From IMG/VR virus record IMGVR_UViG_3300020577_005688, positions 64,001 to 128,000 of that record: a DNA stretch of 64,000 bases. One strand, written 5' to 3'. Shown here in pieces: positions 48,293-58,500 of this stretch (positions are counted from its first letter, which is position 1; each line of letters starts with the position of its first letter). Position numbers and translations under genes: made by a program. The notes under the pieces are model-generated. The model saw nothing but the letters and a program-made list of their open reading frames with translations, did not search any database and was not told the origin of the DNA. The stretch is from a virus (lineage: Duplodnaviria; Caudoviricetes).

Positions 48293-48604
48293 CTATCCTT
48301 TCTTCGACTGCTGGGTGGACGACAGGTACGACCCAAGTCGTTCAAGAAGGATGTTGGTCTCTGCTGTTGTTGAGGTATTCGTCGAGATGACCTTCACGAG
48401 CCGCTCGGAGATCTCCTTCAGGTCATTCACTCGCTTCTCATTGACCTGATTCAGACTCTCTTGCATCTTCGCTCTCTCGGTGTCGGCTGCAGCTTGAATC
48501 TTGTGGCTGTGACGCCAAACGTAGACAATCCCAACAAGAGGGCTCAGCATGATGAGTCCGACCACGCCGTACGACTTCACAATGAGTTGAACGAGCTCTT
48601 CCAT
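48293..48604 (-). CDS. Single-TM membrane protein, BhlA-type holin-like
   Basis: N-terminal TM (YGVVGLIMLSPLVGIVYVW) plus coiled coil. Confidence 0.5.
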   Translation of the reverse strand: MEELVQLIVKSYGVVGLIMLSPLVGIVYVWRHSHKIQAAADTERAKMQESLNQVNEKRVNDLKEISERLVKVISTNTSTTAETNILLERLGSYLSSTQQSKKG

Positions 48605-48810
48605 TATGAATCCCTCAGGTAAGAAGCCAAATCTGCGTTTGCTACAGAGGCAACGACCTTGACCCCAATCTTCTGAATACCCGCTCCGCCAGTTCTTCCA
48701 CTCAGAACAGCTTCAAGGACCTTCACTTCATTCTCTGCTCTCTTCCTCTCAGCAGAGATGTAGTCCTTGGCTGTCTGCTCAAGGTCAGCAAGACGGCTTT
48801 GACGAGACAT
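48604..48810 (-). CDS. Small hypothetical protein
   Basis: 68 aa; GGAG SD. Confidence 0.55.
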   Translation of the reverse strand: MSRQSRLADLEQTAKDYISAERKRAENEVKVLEAVLSGRTGGAGIQKIGVKVVASVANADLASYLRDS

Positions 48811-48813
48811 GGC

Positions 48814-49656
48814 TTACTCCAAATGAGGTTTCATCTTCCGAAAGATGGAAGACTTGAGCTTTGAAACTTTGGAGCTGTCCATCTTGAGCTGCTTTGCAAT
48901 CTCCCCAGGCTTCAGAGAAGGCTTTCCAAAGAGGCCAAAGGTGTACTCGTGAACAGCCCTCTCCTCTGGAGTGAGCTGGTGATAGATGAGATGAATCACT
49001 TCCTGGTCTCTTGAGGATAGGAAGGCAGCCGGAGAGGCATCCATAGAGCCAGAGGCAATCAAGCCCTTTCTCTGGTCCTTGGAGAGGCGCTTAATCTCCT
49101 TCATCGAGAACCCTGTGTGTTCTGCCAGGGTGTGTGCGTCTGGTTCGAAGCCAAGCCTCTCGGTGAGCTCCGCTTTGGCGGAATTGAACTTACCAATCTT
49201 GGCAGCAATCGGTTCTGTAATTCGAGCTACATTCTGATGTGTCTGGATGAACCGATTGGCCTTCTTCAGGTAGTTCTGAACCCAAGTTCCGAGCTGAGTA
49301 CCCTTGTCAGGGTCGTACCTGTGGAGAGCCTCTACCGCTAGTCTCTTGTGTTCAAAGTCGATGGCCGCGTTTGGGATCTCAACATTGTTCTTGTAGATGC
49401 GAGCTCTGTTCTCAATCAGAGGCTGCATCGACTTCAACAACGGCTCAAGATGCTCAGGCTTCTTACCGCCTGTATTCCATGTCTTCCAGAGTTCGAGCTC
49501 GGTGTGCTTCTTCGCACCGAGTTCCTTCTTCTTCTCGTCCTTCGTCTTCTCGAACTTGAAGACAGGAATAGGCTTCGGGCTGGGCACACGATTCGCCGCC
49601 GAGATCTTCTCAAGGACCCACTGAATGGCCTCTGAATTTTCGGTGGCAGAGTTCAT
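48814..49656 (-). CDS. Sigma70-family RNA polymerase sigma factor (FliA/SigF-like domain layout)
   Basis: Region 2 EALHRYDPDKG.QLGTW, region 3 ELTERLGFEPD..TLAEHTG, region 4 LTPEERAV..YTFGL...EIAKQL.MDSSKVSKL. Confidence 0.8.
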   Translation of the reverse strand: MNSATENSEAIQWVLEKISAANRVPSPKPIPVFKFEKTKDEKKKELGAKKHTELELWKTWNTGGKKPEHLEPLLKSMQPLIENRARIYKNNVEIPNAAIDFEHKRLAVEALHRYDPDKGTQLGTWVQNYLKKANRFIQTHQNVARITEPIAAKIGKFNSAKAELTERLGFEPDAHTLAEHTGFSMKEIKRLSKDQRKGLIASGSMDASPAAFLSSRDQEVIHLIYHQLTPEERAVHEYTFGLFGKPSLKPGEIAKQLKMDSSKVSKLKSSIFRKMKPHLE

Positions 49657-49660
49657 GTGA

Positions 49661-50116
49661 TTACTTTGAAGCTCCTGAGAGGATGTTGCTATCTCCAGAA
49701 GGACCTGAGGTGGGTGCTGTCGTTGGCTTCTTCAATGAGATAGCCGGACGAGCCACACTTCCAGACCTTCCGGCTACCTTCAGCAACTCTGGAAATCTCC
49801 TCTGAGCCTCTGTGAGGTGAGCGCCCGACTCGAAGAAGTGGTGAACGTTGTAGGCGATTTTGATTTTCTCAAAACGCTCAAACTCCTGCTCACTGGCGGA
49901 CGCCATCTTCAACAAGTTATCGGCCATCGTCTGAGCACCGGGTGCTTGGACAAAGAGCTTGTTCATCAAGTCCTGGTCACGCTTACGGCTTTGAGGAACG
50001 TTCTCAAACAGCGCATTCGTATCCCTTCGAGTGTCCTCTCGGGTCAAACGAACGTACTTCATGAAGTTCAGTTCTTCTTCGCCGAGGTTACCGACTGCTT
50101 CTTTGTTCTTACTCAT
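49661..50116 (-). CDS. Hypothetical protein with K-x-A motifs
   Basis: LLKMAS, KIKIAY, LLKVAG. Confidence 0.55.
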   Translation of the reverse strand: MSKNKEAVGNLGEEELNFMKYVRLTREDTRRDTNALFENVPQSRKRDQDLMNKLFVQAPGAQTMADNLLKMASASEQEFERFEKIKIAYNVHHFFESGAHLTEAQRRFPELLKVAGRSGSVARPAISLKKPTTAPTSGPSGDSNILSGASK

Positions 50117-50502
50117 TTTGGGCCCACCTTTGGGAGAAGCCCCTTTCGACCAATCTTGGGGGCAAGTTGATGAATGCTCTTTGACTTGCTGGCCATCCCC
50201 AAGAACTGAGATGGGGTCTTTCCAACCAAGGCCGCTGTCTTCTTCAATGACTCTCGATATGCCTTGCGTCTCTTTTCCTTCTCAGTCTGTGCTTTGTGCC
50301 AGCCAAAGCCACCAAGCGCACCTACGAGGGTTCCGACAGTCTTTCTACGAGGGGAGGCTCCCTGAGACGTAGACAGGGAAAGGTCCGCCAGCGTCCTACC
50401 AACGACAGAGCCCGTCAACATCGGAGCCCCGACATCGACTGCCTTCTCGCTGAGCGGCTTCTTCCTCTCAGCTGTCTTGAAGAAGATGGAAAGGGATTCC
50501 AT
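50113..50502 (-). CDS. Basic Gly-zipper protein with K-T-A motifs
   Basis: IFFKTAE, LKKTAA, GTLVGALGGFG. Confidence 0.55.
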   Translation of the reverse strand: MESLSIFFKTAERKKPLSEKAVDVGAPMLTGSVVGRTLADLSLSTSQGASPRRKTVGTLVGALGGFGWHKAQTEKEKRRKAYRESLKKTAALVGKTPSQFLGMASKSKSIHQLAPKIGRKGLLPKVGPK

Positions 50503-50504
50503 GA

Positions 50505-50810
50505 TTACATCCCCTGCTGACGACGGACCTCTCGGCCCATTCTCCAGTCATCCTTGGCCTTCTTGAGCTGGTCTCCGGCAAGAGCGCCAGTCGCAAGGAG
50601 TGCCAGAGCCTTACCCTTGCCCTTGAGCAAGGACTTGCTCTCCCCAGAGCTCATCTTTGACATCGTCGCCTTCTTCACCAACTTCTTCTTGGCCAACAGT
50701 GTGGAAGCCTTGAAGGGGCGAACGCCGCTTCGAGAGAATCCAGCAATCTTCTCCAGCTCATCATTGAAACCACGACGAAGTGCGGTCAGCTCAGTATCTG
50801 TCATGTTCAT
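50505..50810 (-). CDS. Basic small protein with FNDELEKIA leader
   Basis: GAGGA SD before ATG 50810; RGFNDELEKIAG; ALALLATGALAG. Confidence 0.6.
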   Translation of the reverse strand: MNMTDTELTALRRGFNDELEKIAGFSRSGVRPFKASTLLAKKKLVKKATMSKMSSGESKSLLKGKGKALALLATGALAGDQLKKAKDDWRMGREVRRQQGM

Positions 50811-50869
50811 GGGGGTCCTCACGGGTGTCATCCGAATCTACAAGGTCAAACTTCCAGTGCCAATGGAGC

Positions 50870-53800
50870 TTAGCCCCTCAAACCTGGACCTCCTGAAAGG
50901 GCTTCGACGTATGCTCGGACTTGATCCAATTTCTCTTTCCGAACGTCGTATCCAGGAGGGATTGGGGACTTGTCTCCTGTGTTGTTGATTCTTGGGAGCA
51001 ATTTATCCGGTTCTTGGAGAAGTCCTGCGAGCTTACCCTGATCGATAGCCTTTTCGTCAATTGCAAGACTATGGAATCCGGGCTTTCCTTTCGTAACCGT
51101 CGGAACTCCCTTTCCATCGTACGAGATGTCGAGGTCGGAGGTTCCAAAGATGTCTGCCATCGTTGCAATCGGTCGGTAGGTGAACGACCTCACAAACTGA
51201 TCGATGTCTTTTCCTTGAGACCTCACCATCCCGTAAAAGTAGGCGACAACATTCACAGCACGTTCAATCGACAGCTTGGAGATGTTGTCCTGCCTGGTCG
51301 CGAGGGTTGCTTGAATTTCTTCGAACTTTGTCTTTGCATCGAACACATCCCCTTCAGGAGATTCGGAAGCTGAGACGATTTGTTCAGCCAACCCAGAGAA
51401 GGCGAGCTCATCAATGATTGAGGTTGTCCCGAAGAAAGGACGATAGATTTCTTCCCCAATCTTTGCGTTTGCATACTTTGGAGAGAACCAAGTCGGACGA
51501 ATGACTTCTTCAACAGGCACTTGCTGAGTCACAGTAATATTGACGTCCTCGTGTACGATGACAGAGCGAAACACCTGCTTCCCTGCATACGTACCAGTCT
51601 TCACTGTCACAAGGTCTGGTGATACGACCTCGATGCCGACGATGGTCCCAGAGGCACCGAACAGGGCCTTTGACCCGGTCGTGATTGTGATGCCAGGTCC
51701 TTTTGGAATCGAGACAGTCCTCTGAACTCCAGCGATTCGACCATTTGGGTCGACTAGATTGTTATCTTGGGATTCAGTTGTCTGTGAAGTCTGAGGAATC
51801 TCTTTTGTCAAAGTTGTGGAAGGAACTGACGGATTGGCGGAGTTCCTTCGGTACGATGCCTTCGCAGTCGTCTTCTGTGACTTCACTTTAGAGGTCTTCG
51901 CTGTCTTGACCTGTGGGGTCATTCCAACGAGAGCGGCCAACAGGCTGTCTCTGGACGAAGCATTGGCCTGTGCGAGTGCTGAATCAGATGTGATAGCAAC
52001 TCGAATTCGACGAGTCTTCTTTCCAGTGTTCTCGGAGAAGATTCCTACGAACTCATCATCCGACCCAAGGTGACGTCGAGCATGGTGCATCTCGACAGTG
52101 GTTGTTCCACCATTCTGGTCGATGGTGTGACTGACAGCCCCAATCATTCCCAACAACTGGTACGGCGCTCCAAGTAGGCTCTTATCCGTTCCATTCCTTT
52201 GAACCAGGTCGAGGACCTTCTTGTCTGTGGAGTCAATCGTATCCGATTCTTGAACCTGTAGGGCGGTGCGAAGAACAGATTCCTTCGGCATGAACGGCTT
52301 GAGAATGACAACGCCTGGGAATCCGCACACGATGAACGGATTCAACTTCCCGGCAATGGCTACTTTCCTTGGACCGAATCGGTACTTGAAGAAGTGGAAC
52401 AGAGCGGCTCGATTGAGCCAGCTAAGGCGAGCGCCTCTGACTTTATCTCCCTCTGCTCCGGTCTTCTTGTCTACGGTTGCTGTATTTGCAAGCCACTCTG
52501 TTCTTGGAATAATCCCAGTATGCCTCTCATGAGGCATGAGGACTCTATAGCCACCAACTCCGGCTTGTTTTTGGATCTTCTCCATGTCTAGGCCGATGCT
52601 CGGGGCCATCACTACGCCACGACCAAACTGGTCCCTTCCGGTAAGAGTGTCATATGCTTGAGTGAGTGACCTGGTCACCTCACTCAAATACATTCTGTCA
52701 AAAGATACCTGAGTAAAGTGCTCAGGGAAGATGACGTTGCAACGTGGAGCTGGCGCGAAGAAACAGTCCGGGCGGATGATTTGAGAGCGGAGCCTGGCCG
52801 ATGAGGAAGTCGACTGAACACCAGTCTTGAACGTTACCTTTGGCTGATCTGGGGATGCGATTGCATTGAGTGCTTTTTGGATGGAGATGATAGAGTCGTT
52901 CACGGACCTCGTGAAGTTGTTTACAGAAGGATTTTGGTAGGAGAGATCAGCCGCTAGGTTTTGCAGAACATACTTGGCCTGCTCAACAAAAGACGAGATT
53001 GTCTTTGCGATAGAACCCACGGCGTTCAACTTCAGAACAACTCCGCCAAGCTCATCAGACGTCTGCGTTGCAAATCGAATGATTGGAGTCTTGTTAGAGA
53101 AGTCAAAGTCCAACGCACTCAGGCACCTATTCTTGATGGTTGAGAGAGTGGCCGCTGCGGCTTTAACATTCGGATTTTGAGAGAGCTCTGTAGTTGCGTA
53201 TGTCCCCGTCTCGGTTCCCTCGATTGTTGCGTCGTACTTGGCTGCGGGGTTCGGAACAACATCATAGTAAATATACTTACAGAGCAAGTTCAACATGTCT
53301 CTGAAGGTTACTTGTTGACCGATGTTCTGAAGACCATTTCGAAGCCACTCGTTGAATACCGTCCCTGAGAACAGTCTCGATGCGGAGCTGTCGTTCTCTT
53401 CGGCTACAATTTGAGAGAGGAGTCGAGTTCTGAGTTCTGCAACGGTAAAGAAATCATTGACTCCTTTATGATGTGTTGGAACTCCTCCCATTGCTTCCAA
53501 CATGACGATAATGCCACCAGCGAGACCAGACACATTTTGAAGCCCAGGTGTTTTTGGTGTCTGATTCAGCCACTTGGTGATGACATTACCCTGCTGATTG
53601 ACAATGTCATCGAAGAGAGAGGCGTTCGAACCGTAGACTGCTGACTGGTTGTAGAACGCGTTTCCGTTCGGGCCGTACTCAATTGCAGTAGCGTGACAGG
53701 CGTCCCAATAACTGGAGAAATCGAGACATTGCAGAACGAGGCTTCTCTGACTCGAACTCTGTCCAAACGCAAATCCAATGACTTCTCCACAGAAGAGGAG

Positions 53801-54067
53801 ATGGTACTTCAGTCTATCTTCTGTCTCAGGAATTCCCCGTTGCTTAGCGAGTGCAGCTTCTTCTGGAAGGAGAGAGGTCTGGTCCAAGAAGAAGAGATGA
53901 ACCATCGTCCTAGGCTTCAGGTCCATACCTTCATCAAGAGGGATGACTTGAATCGAAGCTGTAGCTGGTGAGTTCGGGGTGATGTTGACGGACGCAGAGA
54001 TTACGGGAACCTCCTGTCCCTCCAAAAACAGTCGAAGCTTGAGCGGCCTTCCAATCCCTTCAGGCAT
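50870..54067 (-). CDS. Baseplate hub-like protein
   Basis: 1065 aa, three genes downstream of the tape measure; N-terminal LRLFLEGQEVPVISASV...LQCLD and a VSHTID motif like gp27/gpD hubs. Confidence 0.55.
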   Translation of the reverse strand: MPEGIGRPLKLRLFLEGQEVPVISASVNITPNSPATASIQVIPLDEGMDLKPRTMVHLFFLDQTSLLPEEAALAKQRGIPETEDRLKYHLLFCGEVIGFAFGQSSSQRSLVLQCLDFSSYWDACHATAIEYGPNGNAFYNQSAVYGSNASLFDDIVNQQGNVITKWLNQTPKTPGLQNVSGLAGGIIVMLEAMGGVPTHHKGVNDFFTVAELRTRLLSQIVAEENDSSASRLFSGTVFNEWLRNGLQNIGQQVTFRDMLNLLCKYIYYDVVPNPAAKYDATIEGTETGTYATTELSQNPNVKAAAATLSTIKNRCLSALDFDFSNKTPIIRFATQTSDELGGVVLKLNAVGSIAKTISSFVEQAKYVLQNLAADLSYQNPSVNNFTRSVNDSIISIQKALNAIASPDQPKVTFKTGVQSTSSSARLRSQIIRPDCFFAPAPRCNVIFPEHFTQVSFDRMYLSEVTRSLTQAYDTLTGRDQFGRGVVMAPSIGLDMEKIQKQAGVGGYRVLMPHERHTGIIPRTEWLANTATVDKKTGAEGDKVRGARLSWLNRAALFHFFKYRFGPRKVAIAGKLNPFIVCGFPGVVILKPFMPKESVLRTALQVQESDTIDSTDKKVLDLVQRNGTDKSLLGAPYQLLGMIGAVSHTIDQNGGTTTVEMHHARRHLGSDDEFVGIFSENTGKKTRRIRVAITSDSALAQANASSRDSLLAALVGMTPQVKTAKTSKVKSQKTTAKASYRRNSANPSVPSTTLTKEIPQTSQTTESQDNNLVDPNGRIAGVQRTVSIPKGPGITITTGSKALFGASGTIVGIEVVSPDLVTVKTGTYAGKQVFRSVIVHEDVNITVTQQVPVEEVIRPTWFSPKYANAKIGEEIYRPFFGTTSIIDELAFSGLAEQIVSASESPEGDVFDAKTKFEEIQATLATRQDNISKLSIERAVNVVAYFYGMVRSQGKDIDQFVRSFTYRPIATMADIFGTSDLDISYDGKGVPTVTKGKPGFHSLAIDEKAIDQGKLAGLLQEPDKLLPRINNTGDKSPIPPGYDVRKEKLDQVRAYVEALSGGPGLRG

Positions 54068-54077
54068 CTATTACTCC

Positions 54078-55391
54078 TTAACCAACGACTGGAACTGGGG
54101 ATACAGCTCTGATTGCCTCAAGAGGGGAGGTGTTCACGACACTGAGAGTTGTGTTTGCTGCTTGAGCCGTTTGCCAGACGGCAGAGCTTCCAACTGGAAT
54201 GAGGCCAACTCCGTTTCGAATGATGAAACTCGAAACAAGAGCTTCGCTCTCTGAAGGAATGCTAAATCCTGCACGAGCCCAGGAGACCCGAGCCTGGTTA
54301 ACCAAGTCTTGGTTTCTCTTTTGAGTGAGAGTTGGGTCCTCGTAGAGAACGTTCGAAACGAATGATGAGCCGTACTGAGAAGACGAGCCAACGAACTCAT
54401 CTACGTTTTGATTGAACTCAGAATAACGAAGAACTCCATACCATGCTTGAGGAGTTTGTTTTGAGCGCACAACATCTGCTGCATCGTAAGCGAATGCACC
54501 AGCAAATCCAACCGGCACTCGAAGAATGTCCCCACGAGCAAGATTCGAGAGAGTCTGAGCGGCTGAGTTGGCGATGTCTTGAGCTCTCTGCCAGGTTTGC
54601 TGTACAGCTTGAAGACCCGCAGTCAGTCCGTCAAAGAGAGAGGGCGGGTTTCTGATCTGTTCCGGGGTCTTCGTGTCTCCAGTTGAGGTGAGAGTCGGAG
54701 TCTGGACAATCTCTCCGATCGCATCCAACTGCTGCCTATCTCCACGTGTGATGTATCTGTCTTCAATTGACGTCCCATCGCCGAGATTGGAGAACGATGA
54801 GTAACCAGTAAGGAACATCGTAAATTGAAAATTGACGAAGTTCTTATCGTTTGAATTCTTCGATGCAGAACTCGCGATGATGTACCCACTGACAAGGGTT
54901 TGATCGAAAGCGATGTATACCCGAGCCTCATTCTCGACACACTTCGTTCCTCGGAGATAGTTCTCATAGTTATCCCACCACTCGGCTTCCCAGTTGAAGT
55001 CGAAGGTGTTGAGGAGAACTCCTCCAAACGTCACCATTCTAGGACGCTCGCCGAAGAGGAAGATGTAAGGCTCTCCGAAGGTCTCTAGAATCTGTTGCTT
55101 CTCCATTCTCTCTTCAGAAACCTGTTGAAGTAGGAAATTGGAGTACACGTCTGTCTGGCGAGCCGTTCGAGATCCCTGAGAACCTGCGGCGTCTGTGAGC
55201 AAGATTGTACGACCATCTCCACGAACTACTCTCATGGTTGCGTAGGTGTCTTCTTTGATGGTAATTCCACGAGTCGGACGTCGGACGCTCTTCGACGTAA
55301 GTCCCGCTCCAGGAGACTTTGCAGTCGAGAGTTGAGAGTCGAATTGCTGACGCTGTCGGTCTGGGATGACTTGAAGGGTTACGAGACTCAC
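54078..55391 (-). CDS. Tail tube initiator/distal tail-type protein
   Basis: ETFGEPYIFLFGERPRMVTFGGVL...FQFTM; located after the tape measure. Confidence 0.5.
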   Translation of the reverse strand: MSLVTLQVIPDRQRQQFDSQLSTAKSPGAGLTSKSVRRPTRGITIKEDTYATMRVVRGDGRTILLTDAAGSQGSRTARQTDVYSNFLLQQVSEERMEKQQILETFGEPYIFLFGERPRMVTFGGVLLNTFDFNWEAEWWDNYENYLRGTKCVENEARVYIAFDQTLVSGYIIASSASKNSNDKNFVNFQFTMFLTGYSSFSNLGDGTSIEDRYITRGDRQQLDAIGEIVQTPTLTSTGDTKTPEQIRNPPSLFDGLTAGLQAVQQTWQRAQDIANSAAQTLSNLARGDILRVPVGFAGAFAYDAADVVRSKQTPQAWYGVLRYSEFNQNVDEFVGSSSQYGSSFVSNVLYEDPTLTQKRNQDLVNQARVSWARAGFSIPSESEALVSSFIIRNGVGLIPVGSSAVWQTAQAANTTLSVVNTSPLEAIRAVSPVPVVG

Positions 55392-55597
55392 AGTTCAATC
55401 CCCAATCGAATGAGATAATCCCTCAGAGACCTCTGAACTCGTCTGTCTGTCAATTCTTTACCAGATTCAATCGACGAAGCTTGGACTCTTGCTTCTGTAT
55501 TGATGACATCATCAATTGTTGGGTTGTTGATGAGTTTGATGATGACAGGCTTTCCTTCGACATTGAAGCGACTCTCGATTTCATCTCGAACACTCAT
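55388..55597 (-). CDS. Small hypothetical protein
   Basis: 69 aa; ATGA overlaps on both sides. Confidence 0.55.
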   Translation of the reverse strand: MSVRDEIESRFNVEGKPVIIKLINNPTIDDVINTEARVQASSIESGKELTDRRVQRSLRDYLIRLGIEL

Positions 55598-58500
55598 GTC
55601 TTTGTCTCCCCTGGGAGTGCTGTCTGTCCTCCCTTACCTGCACTGTCACTCTCTCCAGAACCGCCCCACGGAAACCAACCTTTTTTCTCCGTTGCAAGTT
55701 TAGTATCCAGACTGCGGAGAATCTTATTTTGCTCTGTAAGAGTATCGATGAGCGTGTCATCTTTGCTCTTTGCCTTAGAACCGGAAGCTCCTGCTTGCGT
55801 TGTAGACAGGGCCTTACTTGCACCGGTCTGTTTAGAGAGTTTCTCAATCGCAGACTCAGATAGTTTGCCCCCAGCTTTGAAGTCTGTAGAGAAGACATCA
55901 TTGGTGCTGACGCCGAATTCTTTTGCAACCTCTTCCGCAGAAGAGAAGCTCTTAGAGGATAGTCTCTTTCTACGTTCATCCTCTGCAGCCGCCGCGATTG
56001 CTGTATCCCCACCCGCTTCGATAGCTGCTTCCCTATCTTTCTTACTGAGACCTCTAAAAGACTTAGAGTACTTAGAAAATGCGCCTGAGAATTTCTCAAT
56101 AACTTCGTCTCTCTTTTTCACATCTGAGCCGGCCGCCACTAGTTCAGACCTATAATCTGCCATGGCCTTACCGAATTCTCTCTGAGCATCCCCATTCGGA
56201 CCTTCTGCTGCGTTGTCGATCAAGGTCTGGCCTTGAGACGTCACGTTCTTGAAAAATTCATCTGCAGCAGCCGAGTTAGCATCAGAGGTGTAATTCTCAA
56301 TTGCTTTTTGGGCTGCTGCGACCTTCTTCTCATTACTTGGATCAAATCCTTTTGTCGCTTCAGCCAGACTCTTGACCTCACTCTCTGATAGTTTCTCACC
56401 TGGCTTTAGCTTCGAGTTAATGAGCTTTCTTGCTCCAGAGTAATCTCCGGTCTCAATGGCATCTCTTAGAGCCACAGCGATGCTTGAGTCTTTGATTACC
56501 TCTCCAAACGCTTTGGCATGCTTTGAGGAAGACTTAACAAAAGAAGACGCTCCCTCTCCAAGAACAGTACCAAGCTCTTCAGTTGATGCTTTGAGAGATT
56601 TCTGAATTTCTACGCTCGACCTAGATCCGGCAACCGAACCAATGAGATTACCGGCCCCAGAAGCAGCCGCCATCTGAGCAAAGACATTCTTACCTGTTGG
56701 ATCGTTCGACGCGTCTTGATAAGACCGTAGGAGATCCTTCTCACTATCAGAGAGGTTGTTCGCGCTCATCTGGCCTTCGAGAGTTTCCCTACTGATGTTC
56801 TTGATTCTTGTTGGGTCTCTGAATCCACTCTTCTCTGCCGCAGATTGGACTTTCTTCTCCATTCCTCTTGAGATGATGTCTACCTTTTGAGCTGCACTCT
56901 TTCCTGTCATATCTGACCCGGATAGGACAGATGCGAGAGCTGCCTCTGCGCCCTTTCCTGCTACATTCCCAGATCTGAGTTTTGCGGCCATCGCAGCTTG
57001 CCCAGAAGCGGAGTCAGTTCCGTAGAGGCGAGATGCGAACTCTGCCTCCTGACCCTCAGTCATTCCCCCAGTGAGGCCAGTCGTAAACCTTGCAAGAGCA
57101 GAATCCGAACCTCCAAACTCACGAACAAAAGAACGAGCGCCACTAAGAAGTCCAGCACCTCCAAAGAGAGTGTCTTTACCAACTCTGAGAAGCCTATCTC
57201 CAGTAGATGCTGAGGAGCGGGAAGAGGTCTTCATCAGACCGGCGATGAGTTCCTTCGACTGAGCAGAATTTGAACCTGAGAATGCCTTTGAGATTGCAGA
57301 AGCTCGTTCTTCTGTAAGAGTCGAGACCTCTCTCCCAACCAAGTCGTCAAAGAATGAATCTACACTCTTTGCGATTGAGTTTTGAATCTCCGCGCCTGCT
57401 TGTTCTAGTTTTCCAATCGTTGCGCCGTGGAGCCGTGTCTTGATCTTCTGCATGATTGCAGATGGATCTGTCCGTTCACGCTGGGAGGCCTGCCTCTGCC
57501 TCATCTTGGCAAAAGACGCAGCTTCCGAACCTCCTAGATTTCCTTGCATTCCCTCAGCAATATCAATCTCACCAGCGCTCATATTGGTCAATCGTTGCAT
57601 GACCAAATTCGTGCCGTCATTATCTCCTCGAAGACCGAGAGCGCCCTTCATCATTGTGAAGGCACCACCAGGCCCAATCTGACCAGCGAGGGATGCAACG
57701 AGGTCAGATTGGCGAGCAGTGAATGATTTCTTCTGGGCATCCGTAAGTTGAGAAGCCTTTGCTTTCAGTTCATCGATGCTCAGCTCGCCTGCGTTGAATC
57801 TCTTGGAAAGAGACTCGTCAACACCAATTGCACGACCAGACTCGTCGTACTTCATCATTCCTGCCATCGCGAGACGACCGGCCGAGGTCTGACCAAACCT
57901 CATCATGCCGCCAAACATCTTCTGGGCCAGCGCCATTTGCGCGTCTGCACCTTGAAGGCCTGTTACATCTTCAACTGCCCCTTCACGGAGCCTCCCAGAC
58001 ATCTGAGCCAGGCCGATGCTTTGTGCAATGTTGGTAACTGCTGTTGCACCGAGACCACGGCGAGCCCCAAATGACATTGCCATGTCTGCGCCTGCTTGCT
58101 GCAGACCGGCAACTTGCCCAACCGACGCACCAGTTACTGAGGAAGTAAACTGAGCACTGACCGCGTTCTTGAGCTGGGCTCCTCTGTTGTAGAACCCAGA
58201 GCTCCGACTTGCTGAGAAGAACTGTTCTGCCTCTTCCATCGTCGTGCCGAGAACCTTCGACATGTCTTTGATGGTAGTGAGGGCCTCCCTGAATCGAGAC
58301 TGGAACTCAGAGGCATTCTTTACTCCCTGCATTACTCCAGAGCTCTTCATCCTCGACATTACGCCCTGAAGCTCTTCAAACGACGTCATCAGCTCCGGAA
58401 TGTGCGAGAGAGAACGCGTCATGTCTCCGATTGACTTTGCATCGTCTCTAGAGAATCCAGCCCCAGTTCGAGACGACATGTTGGCAAAGTTGTACTGAGA

